64,000 bases of DNA from Pecten maximus. Lineage: Eukaryota. Position numbers and translations under genes: made by a program. The stretch is from the NCBI RefSeq assembly GCF_902652985.1, contig NC_047031.1, forward strand, positions 15,004,001 to 15,068,000, given 5' to 3'. Below, in pieces: positions 12,191-22,500 of this stretch (its first letter is position 1; the number at the start of each line of letters is the position of its first letter). A model generated the notes under the pieces. That model saw only the letters and a list, made by a program, of their open reading frames with translations. It was not told the origin of the DNA and made no database searches.

Positions 12191-12391
12191 AAATACTGGT
12201 CAAGACATTATCATCATAATCCTCAACAGCTTGCATCAAACGGATTTTTCTATACTGGAACAGAAGACTGTGTGACTTGTTTCATGTGTGGTGTTTCTCT
12301 CAAACATTGGAACTATTTCGACGATATCAAAACCGAACACGGGAGGTGGTCGAAGGATTGTATGTATCAACAGATGATGTTTGTGATGTAG
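12191..12391 (+). CDS. Single-BIR protein, 5' end in gap (absent from ORF track)
   Basis: KYWSRHYHHNPQQLASNGFFYTGTEDCVTCFMCGVSLKHWNYFDDIKTEHGRWSKDCMYQQMMFVM*. Confidence 0.88.
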   Translation, partial: KYWSRHYHHNPQQLASNGFFYTGTEDCVTCFMCGVSLKHWNYFDDIKTEHGRWSKDCMYQQMMFVM

Positions 12392-12393
12392 AT

Positions 12394-12657
12394 ATGGGGA
12401 GAATTACCTTTCACTTTCTCGACACAGACGGAACTTGTAGTTGTCAGGAATGTGACGTGTGGGTACATCCATCTAACATTGCTTTACTCATAGACGAAGG
12501 CTGGTCGTATGATGAAAGGGAAATAAAAGAGGAACACATAACGAACTTATTAAAGTTATTGGTGAAACTGGAGGAAAGAGACGGCTATATCGACAACGAG
12601 TATATTAGACTATTATTTGTATTTAACGAACACGTAGGAGCTGAAGTGTCCTATTAA
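12394..12657 (+). CDS. Polinton accessory protein with CSCxxC motif
   Basis: True start MGRITF follows the BIR stop; homologue at 4571-4853. Confidence 0.72.
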   Translation: MGRITFHFLDTDGTCSCQECDVWVHPSNIALLIDEGWSYDEREIKEEHITNLLKLLVKLEERDGYIDNEYIRLLFVFNEHVGAEVSY

Positions 12658-12699
12658 AGTTATTGGTGTAAACGATATAGTAGATTTAATGAGTACATT

Positions 12700-13140
12700 A
12701 TGGACACTGAATTATTTCAAAAGAGAGTTCGAAACTACTTGATAGAACAAGTGGATGAACAATCATTTTCGATATTATTGAAAAATCTACTATACCTATC
12801 TTATGCTTATGCTGTTAAGACCAAGATTTCGGAACTTTTCGTGTGTGCGGGATGCACAGAAGGACTAGAGAATCAAATGTGACATGCGTGTGTGATGTTA
12901 TCGAGCGAGGACAGATTGGAGATATATTTCGATGAAGCTTTAACTTTAATTGATCACCTGGAAGTGGAAAAGATCTGGCGAGAGTTTGCCATACAGTCGT
13001 ACATTCCTTCAAAGCTGTTACACCATCTAATGCAAGACGAACGTTTTAGAAACGAAAACTATGTCAAGCAGCGATATTGTAGAAAAATAAAGAGATATGT
13101 GAAGAAAATTGAAGAAGCCGAATCAAATCTTTTCAATTAA
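12700..13140 (+). pseudogene. CxGC-NQ-HxC accessory protein with an in-frame TGA at 12880
   Basis: The two ORFs are in the same frame; NQM*HACVM versus NQEGHNCVM in copy A. Confidence 0.8.
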
Positions 13141-13177
13141 CTGTGAACAGTTGTAGATAGTAGACGTATACTGCATT

Positions 13178-13369
13178 ATGGGTGCAGATCAGCTTGTAGA
13201 CATCGACGTTGATGGTGATGAGATTAGCGTAATCGTTGAAGACCGCGGGAGATGTCGTAGATACATTTGTCCTATATGTATTTCTTTTCGCGAAAACTAC
13301 TCTGACAGAGGTCAGAAACGACTTGTGGAACATATATTGGAAGAACACCCGAAAGATACTTGGATGTGA
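13178..13369 (+). CDS. Small C2H2-type zinc-finger protein
   Basis: YICPIC..LVEHILEEH; absent from copy A. Confidence 0.55.
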   Translation: MGADQLVDIDVDGDEISVIVEDRGRCRRYICPICISFRENYSDRGQKRLVEHILEEHPKDTWM

Positions 13370-13430
13370 TTGTTTGAAATCACACTGTGGGAATGAATAT
13401 TAGTGACGTATTTATTCTTTCTACTTATAG

Positions 13431-13676
13431 ATGGAAACTCGCCCAGTCCACGGTCATATGACAAGCTGTGTTGAACGACTGATGACCTTTTACAACTGGA
13501 ACTGTAAACTTCGTCAAACTCCATATCAACTGGCTACTGGTGGATTTTATTATCAAGGTGTTGGTGATTACATGACGTGTTACAAGTGTGGTAAAACATT
13601 GAAATATTGGAAACATAGAAACTTTTCACTGAAATGTATTGACGAACATTGTGTTTTACCATACCCATCCAGTTAG
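13431..13676 (+). CDS. Second, degenerate BIR-like protein
   Basis: RLMTFYNW..RQTPYQLATGGFYY..CYKC; canonical H and C spacing lost. Confidence 0.75.
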   Translation: METRPVHGHMTSCVERLMTFYNWNCKLRQTPYQLATGGFYYQGVGDYMTCYKCGKTLKYWKHRNFSLKCIDEHCVLPYPSS

Positions 13677-13678
13677 AT

Positions 13679-13999
13679 ATGGAATCATCGGAAGAAATCA
13701 GTATGGAGAGCTTATTAAAACTAACCTATGCAAATCATGTTCGAGAAATCATAAATGAAAGACAATGTGATTTTAACGATGCTTTTATTCATTTAGACGA
13801 TATCAAAGTGATCCGAGACTTCATTCGAGAGACTCTTCGTTTTGACGTCCAGCGAGGTGTTAGAAACTGTTTCGTATCACGATTGTGTAATGCCGAATGG
13901 AGAATGAACGAAATCAAAACAGAAAAATGGAAAAACTGTGTATGCAATATGGTCAAATCTATGAATCGTGTAGAAGACTGGTTTCATAAATCATTGTAA
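13679..13999 (+). CDS. Polinton accessory protein, unknown function
   Basis: Homologue of 3854-4135; followed by two AATAAA near 14010-14027. Confidence 0.7.
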   Translation: MESSEEISMESLLKLTYANHVREIINERQCDFNDAFIHLDDIKVIRDFIRETLRFDVQRGVRNCFVSRLCNAEWRMNEIKTEKWKNCVCNMVKSMNRVEDWFHKSL

Positions 14000-14060
14000 A
14001 ATGAATGTAAATAAATGTTGAAATAAAAGTCATGTACAGAAATATTTTGTCTCATTGAAT

Positions 14061-15185
14061 ATGTTGACCGTTAAAGAGAAACGACTCATAGATGGAGTGT
14101 ATTACGATCTGAATAACGGAGGTGCTTTTCTGAGTCCAACTAAAGTTCATCAAGTATTGAAATCTCGCGGATTCACTTCACCAGGTCTATATAAGATCAG
14201 AAGATATATCCAGAGTTTAGACGATTATAGCTTACAAAAACCAGTCAAGCGATCTTTCAAGAGAGCACGAGTGGAAGTCTCTGGTCCATACGAAGAATTT
14301 CAAGCCGATCTCGCAGATGTATCGAACCTCTCGAAACAGAATGACGGTATAAGATTTCTACTAGTAGTCATAGACGTATTCTCCCGCTTCCTATGGGTTG
14401 AACCTACAAAAACAAAAACGACAAAAGACGTGTTAAATGCATTCAGAAAGATAATAGATAGGGGAGGAAAGCCGAAGCGTCTATATACCGATGCAGGCAA
14501 AGAATTTACGGGGAATCTAATGAGGCAGTATTGTAAAGACAACGATATCAAATATTTTACTAGTCGCAATGAACAGAAAGCATCTGTGGTCGAACGTGTC
14601 ATCAGAACGATAAAGACCATGATGTATAGGTATTTTACCAAATATAGGAGTTATGCATATGTAGATAAATTGCAAGATTTCGTCAAGAGTTACAATGCTA
14701 CACCTCACAGATCATTAAATGGTACGGCTCCAAAAGATGTTAACAAAACCAACGAAGCAGACCTCTTTGCATACATGTACCTTAGAAAGAAAAGATCTCC
14801 TCATAGCAAAACCGTCAAGAAACCAAAATTCAGGTTTAAGATAGGAAGTCTAGTTAGGATATCACATTTAAAGCAACCCTTTACCAGAGCTTATCAACAA
14901 CAATGGAGTTCAGAGATATTCAAGGTCGACAAACGTTTCTTACGCCAGGGAATACCTCAGTATCAGTTGATAGACTTTCTAAACGAACAAATCACTGGAA
15001 CTTTTTATCAATCCGAACTGCAGAGAGTAGACAAGGACGAAAACGCATTATGGTACATAGAAGACAAACTTAAAAAACGTAAAAAGAGAGGCCAAATCGA
15101 ATGGCTCGTTAAATTCGAGGGGTGGCCGTCTAAATATAACCAGTGGATACCTGAGAATGATCTCAAAGACGTATCCAGGACCTAA
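14061..15185 (+). CDS. rve integrase with C-terminal chromodomain
   Basis: DDE triad in QADL, YTDAGKEF, VVERVIRT; WLVKFEGWPSKYNQWI. Confidence 0.95.
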   Translation: MLTVKEKRLIDGVYYDLNNGGAFLSPTKVHQVLKSRGFTSPGLYKIRRYIQSLDDYSLQKPVKRSFKRARVEVSGPYEEFQADLADVSNLSKQNDGIRFLLVVIDVFSRFLWVEPTKTKTTKDVLNAFRKIIDRGGKPKRLYTDAGKEFTGNLMRQYCKDNDIKYFTSRNEQKASVVERVIRTIKTMMYRYFTKYRSYAYVDKLQDFVKSYNATPHRSLNGTAPKDVNKTNEADLFAYMYLRKKRSPHSKTVKKPKFRFKIGSLVRISHLKQPFTRAYQQQWSSEIFKVDKRFLRQGIPQYQLIDFLNEQITGTFYQSELQRVDKDENALWYIEDKLKKRKKRGQIEWLVKFEGWPSKYNQWIPENDLKDVSRT

Positions 15186-15186
15186 G

Positions 15187-15612
15187 ATGTCGCATTACGT
15201 AGTGATTCACAGCGACGGGGCAAAGAAGTACCATCCCGAAAACAAACCTTGCCATTTCATTGTACACTTTCAAACACCATTAAATCTAAGCGGAACTTGG
15301 AAAGTGGCTTTGATGGACATCACATTAACAACGAGTGGAACAAAGACGAGACAAAATTTGTACCTACACAGTGACGTATGTGACGAAAGTTTTGTCGATG
15401 GTGAAAAGGAAACTCTTCTACGCTCCATCCGGGCAATAAAGGTTGCCAACTGGAGTCAAACGTTCGACATTCCATACTATTTACCTGTCAAAAAATCGGA
15501 AGTTAGAGACATAGAATTTGATATAAAGACTGAAAAAGGCGATCTCGCGTCATTCTTAAAAGAGAAGGCAACGATTACACTTCATTTTAAACAATATCCG
15601 TTCCTATCATGA
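15187..15612 (+). CDS. Minor capsid protein (penton-like)
   Basis: HPENKPCHF..PLNLSGTWKVAL..LYLHSD..ESFVDG..LLR..YYLPV..LHFK pattern and gene position. Confidence 0.85.
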   Translation: MSHYVVIHSDGAKKYHPENKPCHFIVHFQTPLNLSGTWKVALMDITLTTSGTKTRQNLYLHSDVCDESFVDGEKETLLRSIRAIKVANWSQTFDIPYYLPVKKSEVRDIEFDIKTEKGDLASFLKEKATITLHFKQYPFLS

Positions 15613-16070
15613 GTGTTTCAAAGATGTACGTTCCCAACGTGGGCAAGTGGATGAAATATTATCAAGACGTGGCGCGCGGAAAGGAAAATGCTTATGTGAA
15701 CAATACTAAACGAAACGTGAAACAATATGGTGGAGGATTGTCACAAACCTCAAACGAGTTTATGATTCCCATAGACAAAAACGACAGAGAAGGAGAAAAA
15801 TCCTTACCTGCCCGTGAGATTAACGTCAACATGATATCTCCGGCGCAACGAGCCGTAGAACAAGCCAAATCCGAATTAAAAAGGAAACGAATCACACATC
15901 GTCGCCAGTCTATCAGGAAGCGTCGCCGTACACACACCACATCGAAAGACCTGAAGAAAGGTAAAAGGAAGGCTAGTAAGGTGAAAACGAAACGGAAGAC
16001 GAGTAAGAAACATAACAGAAAATCTACAAAGAAGACCAAAAGAAATCTCATTTCACAATGGCTGCGTTAA
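15609..16070 (+). CDS. Basic putative core protein
   Basis: K/R-rich C-terminus, QYGGG motif, homologue in copy A. Confidence 0.75.
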   Translation: MSVSKMYVPNVGKWMKYYQDVARGKENAYVNNTKRNVKQYGGGLSQTSNEFMIPIDKNDREGEKSLPAREINVNMISPAQRAVEQAKSELKRKRITHRRQSIRKRRRTHTTSKDLKKGKRKASKVKTKRKTSKKHNRKSTKKTKRNLISQWLR

Positions 16071-17380
16071 ACAAGGATTTTTTCAGAGAAGCACAACCGT
16101 CAGAATTAGCATTATTTGACCTTCCACCAACCCAAACAGCCGTGGAAAACATTTACTATCAAGATGTGTTACCGATATCACAGATAACGAGTGACTCGGT
16201 CGTCGAGTTTGTCGTTAGTGGACAAAACGGACTAGAATTGATCGATCTGCGGAACACTTTAATATATGCAAAGGTAAAAATAACAAAAGCAGACGGAAGC
16301 GCCATCGGTCTTGCAGAGGACGTGGCTCCCATCAATTTGTTTTTACCTTCTCTATTTTCACAAGTGGACGTCACGTTACAGGGGAAGACCATCGTGTCTA
16401 CGACTGGTCATTATCCCTACAAGGCCTATATCAACAATCTTCTACAATATGGTGATGAAACGAAAAAGACGCAGCTAACTACTCAACTGTGGATTCAAGA
16501 TAAAGAGGGGTCAATGGATCAGCATAGCCCTAGAACCGGTTCAAATGGATCTTTGCTAGAGAGAGCTCAGATGTTTGAAGGTGGGAAAGTGTTAGATTTG
16601 GTCGGTCCAATCTATCACGATTTATTCAAGATGGATAGGTATTTATTGAATCAAGTCAACGTCAATGTGAAGCTATACAGATCTAAACCGAGTTTTTGTC
16701 TGTTGTCCGGTACAGCAGCTCCCGATTACAAGGTAACATTCGAAGACATTCGATTGCGAGTGAGTAAAGTCAGAGTCAACCCCGCTGTCATTTATGCGCA
16801 AAGTCAAGCACTCGAGATGACCAATGCAAAATATCCATTTACACAGACCATGATAAAACAAATGACCATACCTATCGGAGCGACAAACTTTACCTATGAT
16901 AATATTTTTCAAGGTATGAGACCAAACACCGTAGTGGTTGGTTTTGTAAATGCTGCAGGAACTACCGGCGACTATGAAGAGAACCCTTGGTTTTTTCAAC
17001 CGTATGACGTCACATCTATAGGGCTATACGTGGATGGAATACCAGTAGGTGGAACTCCTTTAAAACTCAAGTACAGTGCGACTGGTGGAGAAACCACCAT
17101 TCCCGTCCTACAGAACATGTTGCAATCGACTGGGAAATGGCTCAACGATAGTGATTCCGGCATAGACAGAGATGACATTGCACAAGGGTATGCACTTTAT
17201 ACCTTTGAGTTGGAACCTACCTTTCAAACAAACCAATATCTCACCTTACTCAAACAGGGAAACGTCAGACTGGAAGTCATCATCGGAACGGCATTGACGA
17301 CTGTGGTATCTTGCATCATTTACTGTGAATATCCGGGTTACTTTGAAATCAACGCTGCCAGAGACATAGTGTTACCATGA
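16058..17380 (+). CDS. Major capsid protein (double jelly-roll, hexon-like)
   Basis: ELALFDLPPTQTAVE, SLFSQVDV, HYPYKAYI, AKYPF, NPWFFQ, GNVRLEV, EINAARDI motifs of Polinton MCP. Confidence 0.93.
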   Translation: MAALNKDFFREAQPSELALFDLPPTQTAVENIYYQDVLPISQITSDSVVEFVVSGQNGLELIDLRNTLIYAKVKITKADGSAIGLAEDVAPINLFLPSLFSQVDVTLQGKTIVSTTGHYPYKAYINNLLQYGDETKKTQLTTQLWIQDKEGSMDQHSPRTGSNGSLLERAQMFEGGKVLDLVGPIYHDLFKMDRYLLNQVNVNVKLYRSKPSFCLLSGTAAPDYKVTFEDIRLRVSKVRVNPAVIYAQSQALEMTNAKYPFTQTMIKQMTIPIGATNFTYDNIFQGMRPNTVVVGFVNAAGTTGDYEENPWFFQPYDVTSIGLYVDGIPVGGTPLKLKYSATGGETTIPVLQNMLQSTGKWLNDSDSGIDRDDIAQGYALYTFELEPTFQTNQYLTLLKQGNVRLEVIIGTALTTVVSCIIYCEYPGYFEINAARDIVLP

Positions 17381-17853
17381 ATACCTCACAGTTGCGCTGC
17401 ATGATAGACTGTGATCCTGTAATGAGAAAAACAATAATGGGAGTTTATGCGCGAGACGAGGTACCTAACGAGATACAAACATTTCCAGTTGGCTATATCG
17501 TCAATACAGACGATAGTGACAGACCGGGAAGACACTGGTTGGCCTTTTATTGTCAATCTAAGGACGAGACGGAATTCTTCGACAGTTACGGACATTCACC
17601 GAGTTATTTTTCATTTGAAGCGAACTGTTATAACGATAGACGATTGCAGAGTAGCACATCGAGAGTGTGTGGTCTGTATTGCATGTATTACCTATTGCAT
17701 AAAAGCAGAGGTGTGACGATGGAGTCTATCCTTAGACCATTTGGAAATGACTTGAAAGAAAATGACAATTACGTGTACGAATACATACAAAACTCATTTC
17801 CGTATTGTTTTTATAGTACGTGTACTCATCAGACGTGTTTTGCAGAATTGTAA
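17377..17853 (+). CDS. Adenain-like cysteine protease
   Basis: NTD..GRHW (His), EFFDSYG (Asp), LQ, VCGLYC (Cys). Confidence 0.93.
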   Translation: MNTSQLRCMIDCDPVMRKTIMGVYARDEVPNEIQTFPVGYIVNTDDSDRPGRHWLAFYCQSKDETEFFDSYGHSPSYFSFEANCYNDRRLQSSTSRVCGLYCMYYLLHKSRGVTMESILRPFGNDLKENDNYVYEYIQNSFPYCFYSTCTHQTCFAEL

Positions 17854-18205
17854 ATAGTCTTGTAAACATATGACATTACACATATTTGATATTATTTTTT
17901 CTCGGGTCGTAAATTAATAGTAACTATTCATGTAAATATCTATTGTACCGTGTAAAACATTACACATATTTGTTGTTGTTGTTTTTTTTTTTTCGGGTTG
18001 TAAATAGTAACTATTCATGTAAATATCCTGTAACAACACGTAAATATCCTAATGTATCATGTATATCTGAGAGTTATCCTTTTTTTCATTTTTCTCGGTG
18101 TAGGATATTTTCATATATATATATATAAGCATGTCATGAACGTAACCTCCACCAATAAAATATCATAAATAGTGAAGTCGTGTGTACGTGTCTTCATTTG
18201 CTACG

Positions 18206-18904
18206 ATGGCGTGGTATACTACAGAGAGTCTAGTGAAATTCCAGTCTCCGTGTAGAATCATGGTGTGTGGCGCGTCGGGTTCTGGGAAAACGTTCCTGAC
18301 TAAAAGGATTTTGGAAAGCGCCAGTGGCATGTTTAGCGAGTCCCCCCGAAAGATCATTCTGTGTTACGATACCTGGCAGCCAGCGTTTGACGAGTTGAGG
18401 CGAAATTTGAGGGAGATTACGTTCCATCAAGGTTTGCCGAACGAAGACCAGTTTAACGAATGGGGGGACATAGAAGGTCATAAATTATTGGTCATCGACG
18501 ATTGTATGGCGGAGGGAGTGGACAGTCCACATCTGATGAAAATGTTTTGCGTGAAATCTCATCACCAGAACTTTACGGTCATGTTTTTAGTACAGAACGT
18601 GTTTCAACGTGGAAAGGTCATGAGAACTCTGAGTCTGAATACACAATACTTCATATTATTTAGAAATTACAGAGATCAATCACAAGTAGAGGCGCTGGGA
18701 AGACAAATATTCCCCAGACAGAACGCTTATTTCAGAGAAGCCTATCAATTGGCAACGACAGACAGATTCGGTTATCTGTTAATAGATGTCTCACCTTCGA
18801 CTCCGGACGTAAATATCATAGACCTGCGCTCCGAAGTACCCCCACTCCGCACCAGGATCTTACCGGGAGAGGACACGGTGTTGTATTTTCCTAAAAAACA
18901 ATGA
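18206..18904 (+). CDS. A32/FtsK-like packaging ATPase
   Basis: Walker A GASGSGKT, Walker B LLVIDD, SHH, RTLSLN. Confidence 0.94.
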   Translation: MAWYTTESLVKFQSPCRIMVCGASGSGKTFLTKRILESASGMFSESPRKIILCYDTWQPAFDELRRNLREITFHQGLPNEDQFNEWGDIEGHKLLVIDDCMAEGVDSPHLMKMFCVKSHHQNFTVMFLVQNVFQRGKVMRTLSLNTQYFILFRNYRDQSQVEALGRQIFPRQNAYFREAYQLATTDRFGYLLIDVSPSTPDVNIIDLRSEVPPLRTRILPGEDTVLYFPKKQ

Positions 18905-19194
18905 AAAGTTTAATCGAATTCTGGTTGATAGCATCGGACAAACAGAAGAAAGGCATCTTGTTAACGTCAACAGATTCACAACTCAAGTTCATCATAGAAA
19001 CCATTCATAACGTAGCAGCGGATAACATTTCCATTTCTGAGGAGGATAAAAAGAAAATAGCCAAACACAAAGTGGGCATATGCAAAGTGTTGGCGAGAGG
19101 GATCAGTCGACGTCAGAGAAGGCGGAGACTACTCGCAGTGAGTAAAATATTACCTGTGTTCTTTACAAACTATTTGACATGGCTAAAGCAATGA
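18901..19194 (+). CDS. Small basic Polinton protein downstream of the ATPase
   Basis: ATGA overlap with ATPase; helical body, Arg cluster, hydrophobic/amphipathic C-terminus. Confidence 0.7.
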   Translation: MKSLIEFWLIASDKQKKGILLTSTDSQLKFIIETIHNVAADNISISEEDKKKIAKHKVGICKVLARGISRRQRRRRLLAVSKILPVFFTNYLTWLKQ

Positions 19195-19562
19195 TATTAA
19201 TACCAAAAACGAAATACGACGACATCATCAAACACGAGAACGATTCAACTAATACACACACAAGCACCATCGAACATGATGTCAATCCATCTGATGATAA
19301 AACGCCCATTACCACGAAGAAATCCAGCGTAGAATTGACAAATAATATCGATAAGAGTAAAACCGACCCACCTGATACGCCTGACGCAATCCACGAGCCC
19401 AGTCTAGAATCGATCAATAGGGAGCCTGTGTCACTCAAACGGAGCATGCGCAGAAAAACAAAAAGTCAGCGAGGCGGAAAACTTGCTTTAAAGACCACGC
19501 CTCCCCAATTTCAGAGAAACCTAAAAACGAAGAAACGTAAGTGGTTGTCATTCAACATATAG
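19179..19562 (+). CDS. Disordered protein with basic tail (KKRKWLSF)
   Basis: Fills the space up to PolB; contains QRGG. Confidence 0.65.
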   Translation: MAKAMILIPKTKYDDIIKHENDSTNTHTSTIEHDVNPSDDKTPITTKKSSVELTNNIDKSKTDPPDTPDAIHEPSLESINREPVSLKRSMRRKTKSQRGGKLALKTTPPQFQRNLKTKKRKWLSFNI

Positions 19563-19589
19563 AACTCGACGAAACAGGTCCTAAACAAG

Positions 19590-22500
19590 ATGGCAGCACA
19601 ATATTTTGACGATTTACTTGATTCTGTGTCAAATGGTGACGAAAATGCAATTCAAACAGTGAGGAATTTGAAAAGGATTTTAAACTCTATAGATTTATCT
19701 CCCGTGAAAAAAAACAGAAGGGAAGATGACGTACTCAAAGATAGACAAAATGTGAATACTTGTGATCAGTGTGGGAAGCAATATTCTACCGATGAAAAGT
19801 TGAAGGCGCACATGAAGAGACATTTTCGTCAATTACCGTGCACAATATGTGGAAAGATATTTAAGGATTCAGGCAACTTAAAGACACACCTGATTTCACA
19901 CAAAAATCAGAGTTCCTACAAATGTCACGTGTGTGACAAATCATTTACGAGGAAATACAACATGAAAATGCACGTGAAAAGCAAACATGGACTGACTGGT
20001 GGAGATCTACCTAATCCTAGCAGTAGTCGGATACCGGAGCATTTCAACACTAATACACCAATACCTTCGAGAATCCAGTCGCCACAGCCGGGTCCGTCCG
20101 ACGTCCAGTCGCCACAGCCGGGCCCGTCCGACGTCCAGTCGCCACAGCCGAGTCCGTCCGACGTCCAGTCGCCACAGCCGGGTCCGTCCGACGTCCAGTC
20201 GCCACAGCCGAGTCCGTCCGACGTCCAGTCGCCACAGCCGGGTCCGTCCGACGTCCAGTCGCCGCAGCCGGGTCCGTCCGACGTCCAGTCGCCGCAGCCG
20301 GGTCCGTCCGACGTCCAGTCGCCACAGCCGGATCCCACCGGTTCTCAACCAACGGGAGAACATACCCATTCGGACGATGTGAGCTTGCAAGGAAATGCTA
20401 ACGTGAGAAACATATATCCAAATTTCAGTGACGATGGTGACATACTCACATTTTTTGCCAGCTCCAAAACGGAAGTGATGTATCATTTAAAACGGTTGTG
20501 TGAGAGATTGAAAGGAATTAAGTGGTATCTTAACATTCGTGTGTCTTTGGAAAAGGAAACTAGAGAAGGTAATGTAGTACAGACCACCCCACATTTCTTG
20601 AGTAAAGCATATATATTAATGCCAAATGAATCTGATCTAGAACACGACGTCAATACAGCTTATCAGAAAATGTTTGCCTCATTTGAGGAGTTTGTACGTA
20701 AAGGGTCTGCATGGGTACTCAAGAAAATCATAAAATTAGAAATACATGTTGCAAAATACTCACCATTGAGTGGTTCTTCTTACATACCAACTCCAACTAC
20801 TTTCAGAACTCATAAATTAGTCAATGTCTTGAATCGTGACGAAAAATGTTTCTTATGGTCCATTTTGGCATCCCTCCATCCCACCGATACCTCTCCCGAA
20901 CGCATCTCTCATTACGAGATGTACGAAAGCGAACTAGACATGACGGGTATCCAATATCCAGTCTCCATCTCCCAAGTACAAAAGTTCGAAAGACAGAACG
21001 ACGTATCTGTAAACGTGTTTGGACTCGAGGATAATACCATTTATCCCATGTACGTGACGAAAACGAAACAGTCGCGACATCACACCAATCTGCTCTTTTT
21101 ACAAGAAGGTGCAAAAACCCATTACTGTTTGATCCCCAATCTAAACATGTTTTTGAGCAGAACGAAAAAATGTCATAGTCTAACACATTTCTGTCAACAT
21201 TGTCTGCAAGGCTTTACCAGTAGCGTTTTATTAAACAAACACGTGGAACTGTGTTCCACCCACAGGACACAGAGAGTTGAATTTCCCGGAGATGATGCTC
21301 TCTTATCGTTTGAGGACTTTCAGAAACAAATGAAAGTACCTTTTGTCATTTATGCCGATTTCGAAACATTTGTAGAACAAATGGATTCGTGTGAGCCAAA
21401 CCCAGACCTTTCAAGTACGACTAAGAATATAAAGTTCGAGCCCTGTGGATTTGGATACAAAGTCGTGTGTATGGAAGATAGGTATACCAAACCACCCGTC
21501 ATTTACAGGGGAGCTGACGTCAGTAAAACGTTTTTAGAATGTATCATAGAAGAAGAAAAACATATCAAAGATGTTTTAGGTCAGCCAGAACCGCTAGTCA
21601 TGTCTCTCCAGGACGAGCAGTCTTTTATGGAGAGTACTCGGTGTCACATCTGTGGTAAGCATTTTACGGAACAGAGTACGGTGGTGCGAGACCACTGTCA
21701 TTTGAGTGGGAAATTTCGCGGTGCTGCACACAACGAATGCAATTTGAAGTACAAATATCCCACTCACATACCTTGCGTGTTTCATAACTTAAAGCGATTC
21801 GATGCTCACATCCTGACTGAAAGTATGGGTCTATTTAAAGACCGCGAAATTCACTGCATTCCTAACACTACGGAACAGTACATTTCGTTTAGTCTGGGTG
21901 ATATCAGATTCATAGATTCGTTCCAATTCATGCCTCAGAGTCTAGAGACTCTGACAGAAAATCTGGCCAAAGAGGGCTTAGTGAAATTCAGTAACTTTTC
22001 TAAGGCATTTACCGAAACAGAAGCCAAATTCCTACTAAGAAAGGGAATATATCCCTACGAATACGTAGACACTGCCGATCGATTCTTAGAACAAAAGTTA
22101 CCACCAAAAAAGAAATTTTATAGCTCGTTGAGTCGCTCACACGTGTCAGATGCAGATTACGCACATGCACAGACCGTGTGGGAGAAAATGGACATTCGAG
22201 ACCTCGGTCAGTATCACGACCTCTATCTCAAGACGGACGTGCTACTGTTGGCCGACGTATTTGAGAACTTCAGAAACATGTGTCTCGATTATTACGGGTT
22301 AGATGCGGCTCACTTCTATACCAGTCCCGGTCTGGCTTGGAGTGCAGCTTTAAAAATGACGAGAGTGAGGTTAGAACTCATCAGAGATCCAGACATGTAT
22401 CTCTTCTTTGAAAACGGAGTGAGAGGAGGTGTTAGCATGATATCTAATAAATACGGTCAAGCTAACAATCCTTACATTCCAGAAACGTATGACCTCTCCC

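Noticed and set aside
11562-12239. ORFs spanning the N gaps (also 34813-35497)
   Set aside because: Artefacts of translating N
12880-12882. In-frame TGA next to Cys/His motif as selenocysteine or readthrough
   Set aside because: The homologue in A has Gly here; a GGA>TGA nonsense change or base error is simpler
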